Below, in pieces: positions 29,201 to 38,571 of a stretch of DNA of 64,000 nt (positions are counted from its first letter, which is position 1; each line of letters starts with the position of its first letter). The stretch is taken from the IMG/VR virus record IMGVR_UViG_3300027963_000035, positions 62,001-126,000 of that record; one strand, written 5' to 3'. Made by a program: the position numbers and the translations under genes. The notes beneath the pieces are model-generated. The model was given only the letters and a program-made list of their open reading frames with translations, was not told where the DNA came from and did not search any database.

Positions 29201-31308
29201 GCAGCGCCAAAAACCCCTGTCAATGTCTTAGCCAAACCAGACTGATTTAATAGTCCGCCTATAACTCCGAGAGATGTTACTCTTAAGGTATCGTTCAATT
29301 CATTTAAAGATTGATTTACATCGGTCAACGCATCTACTTGACTCTTTTCTTTTACGCCAAGTTCTGCATTGGCATCACCCATTGTTTTAACTAGTTCTCT
29401 ATATGACTTGGGATCTTTTAAGGCGTTCTCTATTTGACTCGAAGTTATATTTAATTCTTTTTTCTTAGCCTTTTTTAAGCCTTCATTTATACCCTTTAAC
29501 GCAGTCTCTATAGATTGTTTCGCAACACCCTTAGAGTCAGTTGCAGTTATGCCAAGAGCTTTTAAGTCTTTGTCCATTCCTGGAAGTTTTGATCCAAATT
29601 TATCAAATGCTGCATCCATATTTCCAGCACTCTTAGCAACTTCGTCAAGTTGCGACATTATGTCTAAAGAACCTCCTGTGGTTAATGATCTTTGCTGATC
29701 CAGAAGGAGATTTTTTTCACCCAGAGTTAAGTTTTGTTTTTGCTTGGTTGTTATGTCACTTAATTTTTCGTCTAGTCCCTTTGAGGCTTCTCTTGTTGCT
29801 TCTATGCTCTTCTGGAATTCTCCCAATCCCATGCCATACCCAGATCTTAATTGTGCATCTAGTGTGGACTTCTGTTCATCGCTCATGTTGGCTATTTGAT
29901 CTAAGGAGGTTACTCCAAAGTTGCCAAGGATGCTTTCCATTCCTCCTGCTAGCTTTTTCATTCCTTCTTTAGTGCTCAATAGAGTGCCCGACATGAGTTC
30001 ACTTGTTGCTCCCATAGCGCCTGCAGCCTGATATAACAATGCCTTTTGTTGAGATGATGCTTCCATCAATCCACTCAATCCTTTGGTTGCAACACCTGCT
30101 ATTGAGCCCATCTGCTCGGATACTCCAAATTTTTCTGCGCTAGCCATCATTTCGACCATATTAGAAGCGGCAGACGTAGTTAATCTGGCTCCATTTCTTA
30201 GATTTTTTATAAATTGATCACTTTGTTTGACTGCGTTAGCAAGATTATCTCCTGTTACTCCTGTATTCCTTGCCGTTTCCTTTATGCTTCTTCCGAATTG
30301 TGCTAATTGATTTTCAGTCATACCTGTCGATAAAGCCATCCCGGAGAAAGTATCCCCTAACACTCCAGCTTCCACGCCTATCATCTTCTCTGTGTTTAAC
30401 TGGGTTTTAGATACATTTAAAGCTGCTTTTTGATCTTTGAATCCTTTCTTTAGATTAGAAATATAAGATGCTTGTGTCTTATCTCTTTCAAAACCTGTTA
30501 TTTTTGAAACCCTTCCTATATCTTCATAGGTTTTCTGCAAGCTTCTTGAATTTTTTGTGACGCCTTCTGTTTCATATGCAACCGCTCTGACACTCTGAGA
30601 GAATTCTCTTTCTTTCTTGACAATGCCATCTGTGACTTTGCTGAAAGCCGTATACCCAAGCATCGTTTCCTGAGACACTGCCAGGCTTCTGGATATATCT
30701 CCAATTGATTGCTTTTTTCTTCTGAGTGAGTTTAAGGCTGCGAGTTGATCTGGATCTTCTCTTCCGTAGCCTCCATATCCACCACCACCACCACCACCAC
30801 CACCACCTCCACCTCCACCACCTCCACCGGTTCCTCCACTACCTGTCCCACCTGTCATTGCACCAAAACCTTTTCTCAGGCTCTTTGCCAACGATTTCAT
30901 TATTTCCCCTAATTTGAAATCGTGTGTAAATATACTTCCCTTTTTTAGCCCGTGCTCAGCCAGTTTGGTCATCGAAGCTTCCATCTTCTTGTTTCCGGGA
31001 TTTTTTCTTCCCATGTCTCTAGGTAGCATAGGTCCGAATTTATTATTGCCGCCACTCGATGCTTTAGTGGATGATTTCAAAAAATCACCAACTGCAACCG
31101 CTAATTTTTTTGTTTCTTGTATCGATGACCGAAACTCTTTAGAAAGAGTTTCCATATCTTTTAGTAATTTAGTTGTGGGATCATTATCGTTTTTTTTGCC
31201 AAATGGCTTTGCTGGACCCGTGTCTTGTTTTGCTAATGATGAAATTAATCCACGGAGATCCTGCGCATTTAATCCCGAATCAATATTTCTCCCTAGATTG
31301 TCTATCAT
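26260..31308 (-). CDS. Tail tape measure protein
   Basis: 1682 aa, Ala/Gly-rich helical composition, central hydrophobic stretch, 11-residue Trp repeats (AWEGAKSIASS / AWEGAKNLGST / LWEGAKNLGSK / LWDGAKTVGEG); first gene of the baseplate operon. Confidence 0.85.
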   Translation of the reverse strand: MIDNLGRNIDSGLNAQDLRGLISSLAKQDTGPAKPFGKKNDNDPTTKLLKDMETLSKEFRSSIQETKKLAVAVGDFLKSSTKASSGGNNKFGPMLPRDMGRKNPGNKKMEASMTKLAEHGLKKGSIFTHDFKLGEIMKSLAKSLRKGFGAMTGGTGSGGTGGGGGGGGGGGGGGGGGYGGYGREDPDQLAALNSLRRKKQSIGDISRSLAVSQETMLGYTAFSKVTDGIVKKEREFSQSVRAVAYETEGVTKNSRSLQKTYEDIGRVSKITGFERDKTQASYISNLKKGFKDQKAALNVSKTQLNTEKMIGVEAGVLGDTFSGMALSTGMTENQLAQFGRSIKETARNTGVTGDNLANAVKQSDQFIKNLRNGARLTTSAASNMVEMMASAEKFGVSEQMGSIAGVATKGLSGLMEASSQQKALLYQAAGAMGATSELMSGTLLSTKEGMKKLAGGMESILGNFGVTSLDQIANMSDEQKSTLDAQLRSGYGMGLGEFQKSIEATREASKGLDEKLSDITTKQKQNLTLGEKNLLLDQQRSLTTGGSLDIMSQLDEVAKSAGNMDAAFDKFGSKLPGMDKDLKALGITATDSKGVAKQSIETALKGINEGLKKAKKKELNITSSQIENALKDPKSYRELVKTMGDANAELGVKEKSQVDALTDVNQSLNELNDTLRVTSLGVIGGLLNQSGLAKTLTGVFGAAGGIADIMGKATDYQINKLEAIIYGTASAGGAGGTAASAIVAALPGIAAGAAILVGIAGAIMGSMAAGEQAAEIFGISQEKLTTAEYYAAKGAGAVTGALNYLTFGIFDSLLGSTGTLTIALAKFNKMIPILSVVMGIIDAIAGAIWGVITTIGDVLMGVGELVYYALAPFGSILTAIGDVIYAILNPIFDFNATLEETGSLFTIFSKMFGAIGKILRFVLKTVGMLIGAIVTVIVEPIAYALRIIGAIASLISYVFGPVFELIYDIGFGVLEFFEGLLTFDLSRITKGIWKAFTAPVYMIINFFNGLITWASNLVKAIFAPFFWLYDTLVGHSIIPDLATAMVSIFSVMAYTIIGYVTGLPSLAMKAMSSLSGILTSSFNGVKSVAGQAMNLTSNLFSGFVKGFSGARQAQEGFFSSIAKGFSSMTGTGGAAKIGDFFKGIGSKIKETFSPLAKGYSRSREQGGGILSSLGKGLTSQVKSTSAGRGVLGVANKGKNAALGTAGNLLGGIKGKAGKLLGGVGSMFGSLLDGGGDDACACSAEAAQSLEIPLLKGMKNLKNQNTKSLGNAAEKIAGKSSKGFLGGLKSKVDSGIKSGKGIVGSMFGKAGGASKAGGILSKGTGLMSGLFGKASGVAAKAGSLFSKGGGLMGSMFGKAGGFIAKAGLGGVGKSLLKKLPGIGALAGAGFALSALVQGNVGGAVKELASGLAGAIPFIGPVLSAGIDFFGDGLISGAGKLASSAWEGAKSIASSAWEGAKNLGSTLWEGAKNLGSKLWDGAKTVGEGAMWLGQKYIDGWKMIGKGALSVGKFALDAATLPARTLASAAGWAGGKIAGFFGGANKAAETGAATANKMSMPSPIYPLNNTTSGSVPASTARVTDIGESLQRDAVTSGAATAETSELSTIAESGQTQVEKLENMITLLQQMVGFMKPSQGSGEGGQSAASTATNYVSSSPPKYYKWKTGKHGQGASKGITSIGTVG
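30778..30828. repeat. Trinucleotide microsatellite encoding a poly-Gly run in the tape measure gene
   Basis: Perfect (ACC)9 at 30781-30807 inside 17 consecutive ACC/TCC triplets (Gly codons on the minus strand). Confidence 0.85.
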
Positions 31309-31399
31309 TTATTAAAAAATTACTTAGAGTTGAGTACAAAACATATATATCAATATAATAATTTATTTTAAATTATATCTTGTTTTAATATATATATTT

Positions 31400-32083
31400 A
31401 TGAAAAAATTCATCGAGTGGGTTGAAGCAAACGAATCATTTTTTGGTAATCTTGCAACTGATATTGGTAAGATCGGAGGTATAGTTGCAAATACGATTCA
31501 AGGAAAAGAAAATGATCTACACAATGTTATGCGAGGAGATATTGTAAAAACTCCTCAAGGACAAAGAACTGTTGGTGGAATTAAAAATACAATTGTCAAT
31601 CCTTTGAAATATGGTGCATGTGGCGGAAGATCTTGTAGTAGAGGATCGGCCCCATCCTATGACTTTGACAGTGTGGATACTTCCCAGGGACATCAGCAGC
31701 TAGTTAACATCAAAGAAGCAGCTGTTTTTATCGAACAAAATACATATAACAGATTCATAGAAGAAAGAAAGTTAGAATCTAAAGTAAAATATCTTCCGCA
31801 AGAACTTGCGATACATGTTCATATACAAGGAGACTCTTCAACTGTAGGAAGTATCGAGGCCCTTGTTCAAAAGATTTATAATGAACTTAAAATAGATCCT
31901 TCTGTTAAATACGAACCTAATCTAATAACTGTAGGCCAGCAATTAGTTAAAAATAAAAAATCTGGTATTACAATCAACATACCAGCAGCAAAAACTGGCA
32001 GTTCTAGGCCTATAGCAACGCCGCCAAGTGTTGGTGTTGGTGCCGCCGCAGCCAGAAGACGAGATGCTGCCCGTAGACGATAA
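31400..32083 (+). CDS. Hypothetical protein with capsid-targeting-like N-terminus
   Basis: Starts MKKFIEWVEANE; TATATATA immediately upstream. Confidence 0.6.
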   Translation: MKKFIEWVEANESFFGNLATDIGKIGGIVANTIQGKENDLHNVMRGDIVKTPQGQRTVGGIKNTIVNPLKYGACGGRSCSRGSAPSYDFDSVDTSQGHQQLVNIKEAAVFIEQNTYNRFIEERKLESKVKYLPQELAIHVHIQGDSSTVGSIEALVQKIYNELKIDPSVKYEPNLITVGQQLVKNKKSGITINIPAAKTGSSRPIATPPSVGVGAAAARRRDAARRR

Positions 32084-32117
32084 TTTTTATTCAGAATAAT
32101 CTATATTAAGATTAATC

Positions 32118-33809
32118 ATGAATAAAAATATTACCCTTGTCACAGGTCTTTGGGATCTTAATCGAGAAAGCTTAGACGGCTGGGCACAAAGAAACTTTAG
32201 CGACTACAAGGCCAGATTTTTTGAGATGTTGGAAGTTGATGCTCAAATGTGTATTTGGATTCCAAAATCTCTGGAGCAGGAGGTTTTGGATATAAGAAAG
32301 GATAAGCCAACAAGAATATATTTTAAAGAAAATGAAGACTTTAAAACTTGGAATCCTTTCTTTGATAAAATACAAGAAATAAGAAAAAATGAGGAATGGC
32401 TATCTAGAGCAGGTTGGCTTAGAGAATCCCCTCAAGCAGCGTTGGAATTTTACAATCCAATGATGTTCACAAAAATGTTCATGTTAAATGATTCGTCCAT
32501 TTACAATCCATTTAAATCTGATTATTTCTTTTGGATAGATGGAGGATTGACAAATACAGTCCACCAGGGAACTTTTACACATGATAAGGTTCTCGATAAT
32601 CTTGATAATTATTGTAAAATTCAAAAGAAGTTTGTGCACATAACATATCCATATACCGCTAACGATGAAATACATGGCTTTGAAAGAAATGCTATGGCAA
32701 AATATTGCGGTGTTAATTATGTAGATTATGTTGCAAGAGGGGGATTCTTTGGCGGAAGAAAAGAACTAGTATCTCAAATTAATAGCCTTTATTATGGGGT
32801 TATGGAATCAACCCTCAGAGAAGGGAATATGGGCGCAGATGAGTGTTTATTTACAATACTATGCCATAGGCACCCTGCTTTGATTCATAGATACGAAATA
32901 CCGGGAAACGGTTTAGTTTATCCTTTCTTTGAGAATCTTAAAGAATTTACAAACGAGAAGGTAAAAGAAAATAAATTAAATTGTCAATCAGATACAGATA
33001 ACACTGCGCTTTACGTAATAACTTTTAACAGCCCCAATCAATTTAGAACATTATTAAAAAGCATGGAAGCATACGACTCTGATTTTCTTATAAAACCCAA
33101 GAAAAGATTTCTTCTCAATAACTCAACAGACTTGTCGAAGAATGATGAATACATCAAACTATGTGAAGAATATAATTTCGAGCATATTAAAAAAGATAAC
33201 TTGGGGATATGTGGTGGCCGACAATTCATAGCAGATCATGCGGAACAAAACGAATTTGATTTTCATTGGTTTTTCGAAGATGATATGTTCTTCTATTCAA
33301 ATAAAAATGAACCTCTTTGTAAAAATGGCTTCAATAGAATAACAGAGAATCTTTATTCTAAGTCAATGGAAATAGCAAACAAAGAAAGTTTTGATTTTTT
33401 AAAATTAAACTATACTGAGTTTTTCGGAGACAATGGAACTCAATGGAGTTGGTATAACGTGTCCCAAGATGTCAGAGAAAAGTATTGGCCAAATAATAAA
33501 AAGCTTCCTCAATTAGGAACCGATCCAAATGCTCCTAAGACTGTTTATAATAACATAAAAAGTCATCGAGGAGTTCCGTATACAAATGGAGAAGTTTACT
33601 ATTGCAATTGGCCCCAAGTAGTCTCCAGAGAAGGAAACAAAAAAATGTTTTTAGAAACTACTTGGGCTCATTCATACGAACAAACTTGGATGAGTTATAT
33701 TTACCAAGAAACTAAAAAAGGTAATATTCAAGGTGGACTTTTGCTCATGACACCAACCGAACACAATAGATTCGAACACTACTCGGCAGAATTAAGAAAA
33801 GAATCTTGA
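32118..33809 (+). CDS. HtrL/YibB-like domain fused to a GT-A glycosyltransferase-like domain
   Basis: ITLVTGLWDL, MFTKMFMLND...NPFKSDYFFWIDGG, ARGGFFGG, ADECLFT (HtrL/YibB-like); second domain with WFFEDDMFF DxD-type motif. Confidence 0.65.
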   Translation: MNKNITLVTGLWDLNRESLDGWAQRNFSDYKARFFEMLEVDAQMCIWIPKSLEQEVLDIRKDKPTRIYFKENEDFKTWNPFFDKIQEIRKNEEWLSRAGWLRESPQAALEFYNPMMFTKMFMLNDSSIYNPFKSDYFFWIDGGLTNTVHQGTFTHDKVLDNLDNYCKIQKKFVHITYPYTANDEIHGFERNAMAKYCGVNYVDYVARGGFFGGRKELVSQINSLYYGVMESTLREGNMGADECLFTILCHRHPALIHRYEIPGNGLVYPFFENLKEFTNEKVKENKLNCQSDTDNTALYVITFNSPNQFRTLLKSMEAYDSDFLIKPKKRFLLNNSTDLSKNDEYIKLCEEYNFEHIKKDNLGICGGRQFIADHAEQNEFDFHWFFEDDMFFYSNKNEPLCKNGFNRITENLYSKSMEIANKESFDFLKLNYTEFFGDNGTQWSWYNVSQDVREKYWPNNKKLPQLGTDPNAPKTVYNNIKSHRGVPYTNGEVYYCNWPQVVSREGNKKMFLETTWAHSYEQTWMSYIYQETKKGNIQGGLLLMTPTEHNRFEHYSAELRKES

Positions 33810-33851
33810 AATAAAATATATTAATTGTTATAATACAAAAAAGGAAAAATA

Positions 33852-34715
33852 ATGAGTGAAAAATTATTGACTATCGGAATGGCGACCTATGATGATTATG
33901 ATGGAGTGTATTTCTCTCTCCAAGCACTTCGCATGTATCACGAAGTATGCAACACTGATCAGGTTGAATTTTTAGTCATAGATAATAACCCAAAAGGTAA
34001 ACATGCCGAACCGGTTAAATCTTTTGTTAATAGTTGGGCCAGAGGAAGATATATCCCATATGAAGAAAAGAAAAGCACTGCAGTAAGAAATGAAATATTC
34101 AAGCAAGCAAAGGGCAAGTATACCATATCAATGGATTGCCACGTTTTATTTCAAAAGGGTGCAATAGAAAGTCTTTTGAAATATTATGAACAAAACCCTG
34201 ATTGCAAAAACATAGTTCAGGGACCTCTTCTTTATGACGATTTGCGAAATGAATCTACAAGCTTTTCTCCGGTCTGGAATCATTCCATGTATGGGACCTG
34301 GCACACAGATCATGAAAACTTGAAAAAAGGTGAGCCTTTTGAGATTCTCATGCATGGTCTTGGTGTTTTTTCATGCGAGACCAAGAATTGGGTCGGATTC
34401 AACCAGCACTTTAAGGGATTTGGCGGAGAAGAAGGTTATATTCATGAAAAATTTAGAACACGTGGGGGCAAAGCAATTTGTATCCCTCAATTAAAGTGGG
34501 TTCACCGGTTTGGTAGGCCCGAAGGCGTTAAATACCCTCTTGTTCTAGAGGATAGAATTTGGAATTATTTTGTAGGTTGGCTTGAATTAACATGCAACCC
34601 GGAACATGAAATGATAAAAGGAGCTTACAATCACTTCAAAGATAAGATACCTGCGGGAAGCATAGACAAGATTCTAAACAATGCTAAAAAGCTGGTCCTA
34701 GAATCACCAGGCTGA
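33852..34715 (+). CDS. Glycosyltransferase, GT2-like (GT-A fold)
   Basis: LTIGMATY, EFLVIDNNP, RNEIF..AKGKYTISMDCH, FKGFGGEEG. Confidence 0.82.
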   Translation: MSEKLLTIGMATYDDYDGVYFSLQALRMYHEVCNTDQVEFLVIDNNPKGKHAEPVKSFVNSWARGRYIPYEEKKSTAVRNEIFKQAKGKYTISMDCHVLFQKGAIESLLKYYEQNPDCKNIVQGPLLYDDLRNESTSFSPVWNHSMYGTWHTDHENLKKGEPFEILMHGLGVFSCETKNWVGFNQHFKGFGGEEGYIHEKFRTRGGKAICIPQLKWVHRFGRPEGVKYPLVLEDRIWNYFVGWLELTCNPEHEMIKGAYNHFKDKIPAGSIDKILNNAKKLVLESPG

Positions 34716-35909
34716 TGTTGAATATATCTTTTTCCACTTATTAACTTTGTTATCAGAAAGTCCGCAAGGAGTTGAAACCTGCTGGTAATTATTTCTTTCT
34801 GCTTGATACATGCTGATAAGATGTGCGATATCTTCTACTTCTCTTGATTCCCACCCCGCTGATAGTAAAGCAAATTTAACTTGTTCTATTGCTTTATCTT
34901 TCATCAACCAAGCAGAAGTTAAAAATCTATCATTGTAAGCTTTTTCTGGCACGTCGTCCACAGCTAAATTATCTAAAGGATAAACTGTATTTAAAAGACC
35001 TGTGTTTTTATACATATCCAAATATTTTCTGTCATTTATTTCGGGATTCTCGAGACCAAGAATGTATTCCCTTTTATAGTTTTTATTTAGATCGTTTATT
35101 TTTCCCATAGATTCGATGTGATCTTCAGGGATGTCTTCATTTCCGTATCTGGCTTGCATTCTTATATATCTATGTGCTGTCATTGGGTCATCTTCAACTC
35201 TTTTTGAGAACTTCCCGATAGAGATTATTTGACCATTTTTAAGATGATGAGCACCACCATAAACATCAAGTAGTTCTGTGTTTTCTCCTTCACTATTTTT
35301 AAGTGGAATATACATTGCATTTATTGTAAAGTCTCTTGATGCTGCATCGTCTTCTAAGCTTGATGTTGCTGAAAATCCATCAACATTTAAATTCCTATTC
35401 TTAATGGATTTTGACAAAGGAGATAATTCAAAGTTTTCTCCGTTAATAACAACTGTGAATTCTACGGGCTTATTTTTATCATCCATCCTACTGGCAAAGA
35501 AACTCTTGTTACTTCTCGGAGTCTGAGTTTCCTCAAAACCATTTCCCTTTAAAATTAATTTAATTTCGCTTGATGTGGCATCTGTTACAAGATCATAGTT
35601 TCTCGGGGTCTTTCCTTTTAGATGATCACGAACTGCCCCACCTGTTAAGTAGACGACTTTCTTTTTAAGTTTTGGTTCAACCTCACCATCTGTTTTATCC
35701 ATGGTGGTGTAACCAACACCTATTTGTGGGCTATTTTCGAAAGCTTTTATAAGCAATCTTAAACTGGGGTGGTTGTCTTTATCGATTACGAATGGTTGGA
35801 AATCTTCTACTCCTGGATTCCTAGCCAATTTAACTTTTGAAACTACCGGAATATTGTTCTCTTTGTAGTTGTTCTCTTTGTATAAAACGTAATCTTGAAA
35901 TTTTCCCAT
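34704..35909 (-). CDS. Class II tRNA nucleotidyltransferase/poly(A) polymerase-like protein with altered catalytic motifs
   Basis: GGAVRDHL and RDFTINAMY are present, but the catalytic DxD reads NYD and the EDxxR template reads DDPMT; N-terminus MGKFQDYVLYKE. Confidence 0.8.
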   Translation of the reverse strand: MGKFQDYVLYKENNYKENNIPVVSKVKLARNPGVEDFQPFVIDKDNHPSLRLLIKAFENSPQIGVGYTTMDKTDGEVEPKLKKKVVYLTGGAVRDHLKGKTPRNYDLVTDATSSEIKLILKGNGFEETQTPRSNKSFFASRMDDKNKPVEFTVVINGENFELSPLSKSIKNRNLNVDGFSATSSLEDDAASRDFTINAMYIPLKNSEGENTELLDVYGGAHHLKNGQIISIGKFSKRVEDDPMTAHRYIRMQARYGNEDIPEDHIESMGKINDLNKNYKREYILGLENPEINDRKYLDMYKNTGLLNTVYPLDNLAVDDVPEKAYNDRFLTSAWLMKDKAIEQVKFALLSAGWESREVEDIAHLISMYQAERNNYQQVSTPCGLSDNKVNKWKKIYSTSAW

Positions 35910-35954
35910 TTTTTCACCTTTTGTTATTGTTATATATTGTTTTAATTTATTTTT

Positions 35955-36230
35955 TCACACTGAAGGGCTTTGTATTCCCAATTTATACAATAGATATGAA
36001 GCAACAACCACCCAGAATATCTTGACTATAAAATCAATCAGTTGATCCCAATTTTGTTGAGATCTTGATGTCCTAAGATTAATTCCTTCCATTTTAATTT
36101 CAAATTCTTGAATTTTCTTTGAGAAAGAATCCATCTCCGATGACATTTCTTTTATTTTATCTTCAAAATGCTCGATTTTGTGCTCGATGCGACCCAAGTC
36201 CCCAGATTGATTTTTTCTTTTTTCGACCAT
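35955..36230 (-). CDS. Small coiled-coil protein with a C-terminal transmembrane segment (holin/XhlA-like architecture)
   Basis: Heptad N-terminal region, then hydrophobic LIDFIVKIFWVVVASYLLY. Confidence 0.5.
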   Translation of the reverse strand: MVEKRKNQSGDLGRIEHKIEHFEDKIKEMSSEMDSFSKKIQEFEIKMEGINLRTSRSQQNWDQLIDFIVKIFWVVVASYLLYKLGIQSPSV

Positions 36231-36279
36231 TTTTTGTTATATACTTAAACTTTATAAACTTTCACTAATATATATAGTT

Positions 36280-36753
36280 ATGGAAAATCAAGATCAAATT
36301 ATAATAAGTCAAATAGATGATGCAAAAGAATTAATACCTCAAATGAACGTAGACCTTCCGTCCGTTCAGAATCAAAATGATCTCTCTCACATAGTTTCTG
36401 ATGAAGAATTGGCTGGAGTCTACAGCGAGATTCTAAATAATATAAGAGAAGATAGAAAACAAATAGATGAATTTATAGGTAATTTTGCCGATCTCGTAAT
36501 AAATGAGGGCGACAGCACCAGTGCAAGCAAAGAAGCTCTTGTAAGTTTGGTTAAGATAAAAAGCGATGTAGCGGATAAAATGGCTAAAATGGCAGATTTA
36601 ATGACAAGAATAAAGTTAAAAGATAAGGATACCTTCCCTAAATACTTAGCAGCCAATCAAAATAATACAATAAATATAAATTCAGGAAACAATAAAAGAC
36701 AGTTACTAGAAGCGATAAATAAAGCAAAGAAAGAAGCAAAAGATGAAAATTAA
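36280..36753 (+). CDS. Hypothetical helical protein
   Basis: 157-aa ORF, AATATATATAG directly upstream. Confidence 0.6.
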   Translation: MENQDQIIISQIDDAKELIPQMNVDLPSVQNQNDLSHIVSDEELAGVYSEILNNIREDRKQIDEFIGNFADLVINEGDSTSASKEALVSLVKIKSDVADKMAKMADLMTRIKLKDKDTFPKYLAANQNNTININSGNNKRQLLEAINKAKKEAKDEN

Positions 36754-38053
36754 TACTTTAAATTGGTTTAATGAAGAACTTGGAAATCCAGGCGAAGCCG
36801 CAGGAGGACAGCCTCCTTCCGATGCTACTGGCGGCAATCAGGTGGTGATGCAAAACAACACCTCCGAAGAACCACCACAGGACCAAAATACAGATGGGGC
36901 CCCAGAGGAGACAGAGATAGAACTCCCAAAACAAGATTCTCCGCAAGATTTATCGCAAGAACCACAATCTCCCGACATCCCAGAAGAACAAGAGGAATCA
37001 GAAGATTTTGAAACTTGGAAAATAAGCTATTTTAAAAATCTAGTTAAAGGCGACACAAGTCTTTTATTAAATGATATTCATAAAATCAGGGATTATGATT
37101 TAGAGGCTTATCCAAGAAAGTTTGTTGAAGACAATTTACAGATTCTTTTTTTAAGACAAAATTCTAATATAGAAAAAGCTGGTAAGGATATAAGAAAATC
37201 TATCAGACAGGAATTGGATAACAATAATCCCTCGATGTCAGTTGTCAACCACATCTTCACCTCACTTCAGAGTTATTCTGATTTAACAAATGTATTTATT
37301 AAGCTGAAGGGAACACTGGGCATGAAGAGTGACCTTCACAGAAAATATTTGGCCTCATTATTAGGTGCGGCCCAAGTTGGCAGTGGAGGAAACTCCGAAG
37401 ATATCATTTACAATGAAAGAACATATTCAATAAAGATATCAACAAGATTCAATGAAAAATGGGGAATGATAGATTTAGGAAAATGGTCCTTAAGGGAAGA
37501 CGACCCAGAAAGATTTTTGGAGGATCCCGAACTCAAGAGGCTAGAAGAAGGCAGCCCAGAAGAGAGAGATGTTCTAAGAAGAAGAGTTATCATGGAAGCT
37601 ATTGCAGATAATTTCAAGCAAAGATCTTTCCTCATAAACGTAGTGGGAGTAGATGGAACCGTTTATTTTGTAGGTTTAGATCTCGGAAGCTGTCTAAGCA
37701 CCGCTTATGCAGACGGTAAATTGTCAGTAAGAACAATACAGTCGGAAAACAGTGAGGCTATGATAGATGATGATGGAAATGTTGTTCCGTATGTAGATTT
37801 AAAGATCAAGTATTTATATGAAACAGGGGAGATTGATGAGAATGGATTTCCTAAAAAAGGAGAGTCCGACTTCATTGAGAGGATAGATGGAATTTTATTT
37901 GTGACAGCTCAACTAGATACTCTTAAGCAGGCTGCTGCAAGTTTTCCTGGAGTCATTGTTAAAGAACTTCCCTTTAACGGTAACCCATCAGACTTGAAAG
38001 TCATACAGAGATGTGTGCCCAGTGCAGCTGAAATAATTTTAAGGAACTGCTAA
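36743..38053 (+). CDS. Hypothetical protein with acidic Pro/Glu/Gln-rich N-terminus; possible internal head protein
   Basis: 436 aa; starts MKINTLNWFNEE; about 85 aa low-complexity acidic leader. Confidence 0.6.
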   Translation: MKINTLNWFNEELGNPGEAAGGQPPSDATGGNQVVMQNNTSEEPPQDQNTDGAPEETEIELPKQDSPQDLSQEPQSPDIPEEQEESEDFETWKISYFKNLVKGDTSLLLNDIHKIRDYDLEAYPRKFVEDNLQILFLRQNSNIEKAGKDIRKSIRQELDNNNPSMSVVNHIFTSLQSYSDLTNVFIKLKGTLGMKSDLHRKYLASLLGAAQVGSGGNSEDIIYNERTYSIKISTRFNEKWGMIDLGKWSLREDDPERFLEDPELKRLEEGSPEERDVLRRRVIMEAIADNFKQRSFLINVVGVDGTVYFVGLDLGSCLSTAYADGKLSVRTIQSENSEAMIDDDGNVVPYVDLKIKYLYETGEIDENGFPKKGESDFIERIDGILFVTAQLDTLKQAAASFPGVIVKELPFNGNPSDLKVIQRCVPSAAEIILRNC

Positions 38054-38063
38054 GGGATTAAAA

Positions 38064-38570
38064 ATGTATAAATTTTTTGATTATATTAACCAATCGGAAA
38101 TGCAGGCTCATAGGAAGCTTAAGATAATAAGCGATCTATTGAAGAGTCAAAAGATAAAAAATAAACTATTTGACTCGGACCAAGAACCTCATATTTTTGT
38201 ATTTTCAACTAATCCCGATACTTATTTTCAAGGAGTTAGAGTATATCCTATTGCTAATTCTATAGCATTCAAGGTTCAAAACAAGACGAATACTCATCCT
38301 TATGGAAAGCCATATCTGCTGGACTTTGAGAAAATGTATAATAATCTCATGGGACAAAAAGATGCAACAGAAGATGACTGTGCAAAAAATATAATTGAAT
38401 ACATATGTGCTGAACTTAAAAAATTCTTCACTATGAGTGCCAAATATCAATATGAAAAGAATCCTGAAAACATTAAATTAATGGTCAGATCACAAGGAAC
38501 AGACTACTCAACTAAGTTGTTTGGTGGTGCATCCGGAGATTATTCCTCTAAAGTTTACAATGGGTATTAA
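38064..38570 (+). CDS. Hypothetical protein with capsid-targeting-like N-terminus
   Basis: Starts MYKFFDYINQSE. Confidence 0.6.
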   Translation: MYKFFDYINQSEMQAHRKLKIISDLLKSQKIKNKLFDSDQEPHIFVFSTNPDTYFQGVRVYPIANSIAFKVQNKTNTHPYGKPYLLDFEKMYNNLMGQKDATEDDCAKNIIEYICAELKKFFTMSAKYQYEKNPENIKLMVRSQGTDYSTKLFGGASGDYSSKVYNGY

Positions 38571-38571
38571 A

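Noticed and set aside
26495-29972. Several plus-strand ORFs inside the tape measure gene (and similar short nested ORFs across the window)
   Set aside because: Fully nested antisense to long, well-supported genes; no motifs or start signals.
30726-30917. Poly-His ORF on the plus strand
   Set aside because: Antisense shadow of the Gly codon run in the tape measure gene.
15799-31308. Stand-alone extracellular contractile injection system (eCIS/tailocin) or T6SS in a bacterial chromosome
   Set aside because: Primase, nuclease, gp2-like protein, a 1682-aa tape measure and dense phage-style gene packing with no housekeeping operons fit a large phage better; not fully excluded without capsid genes.
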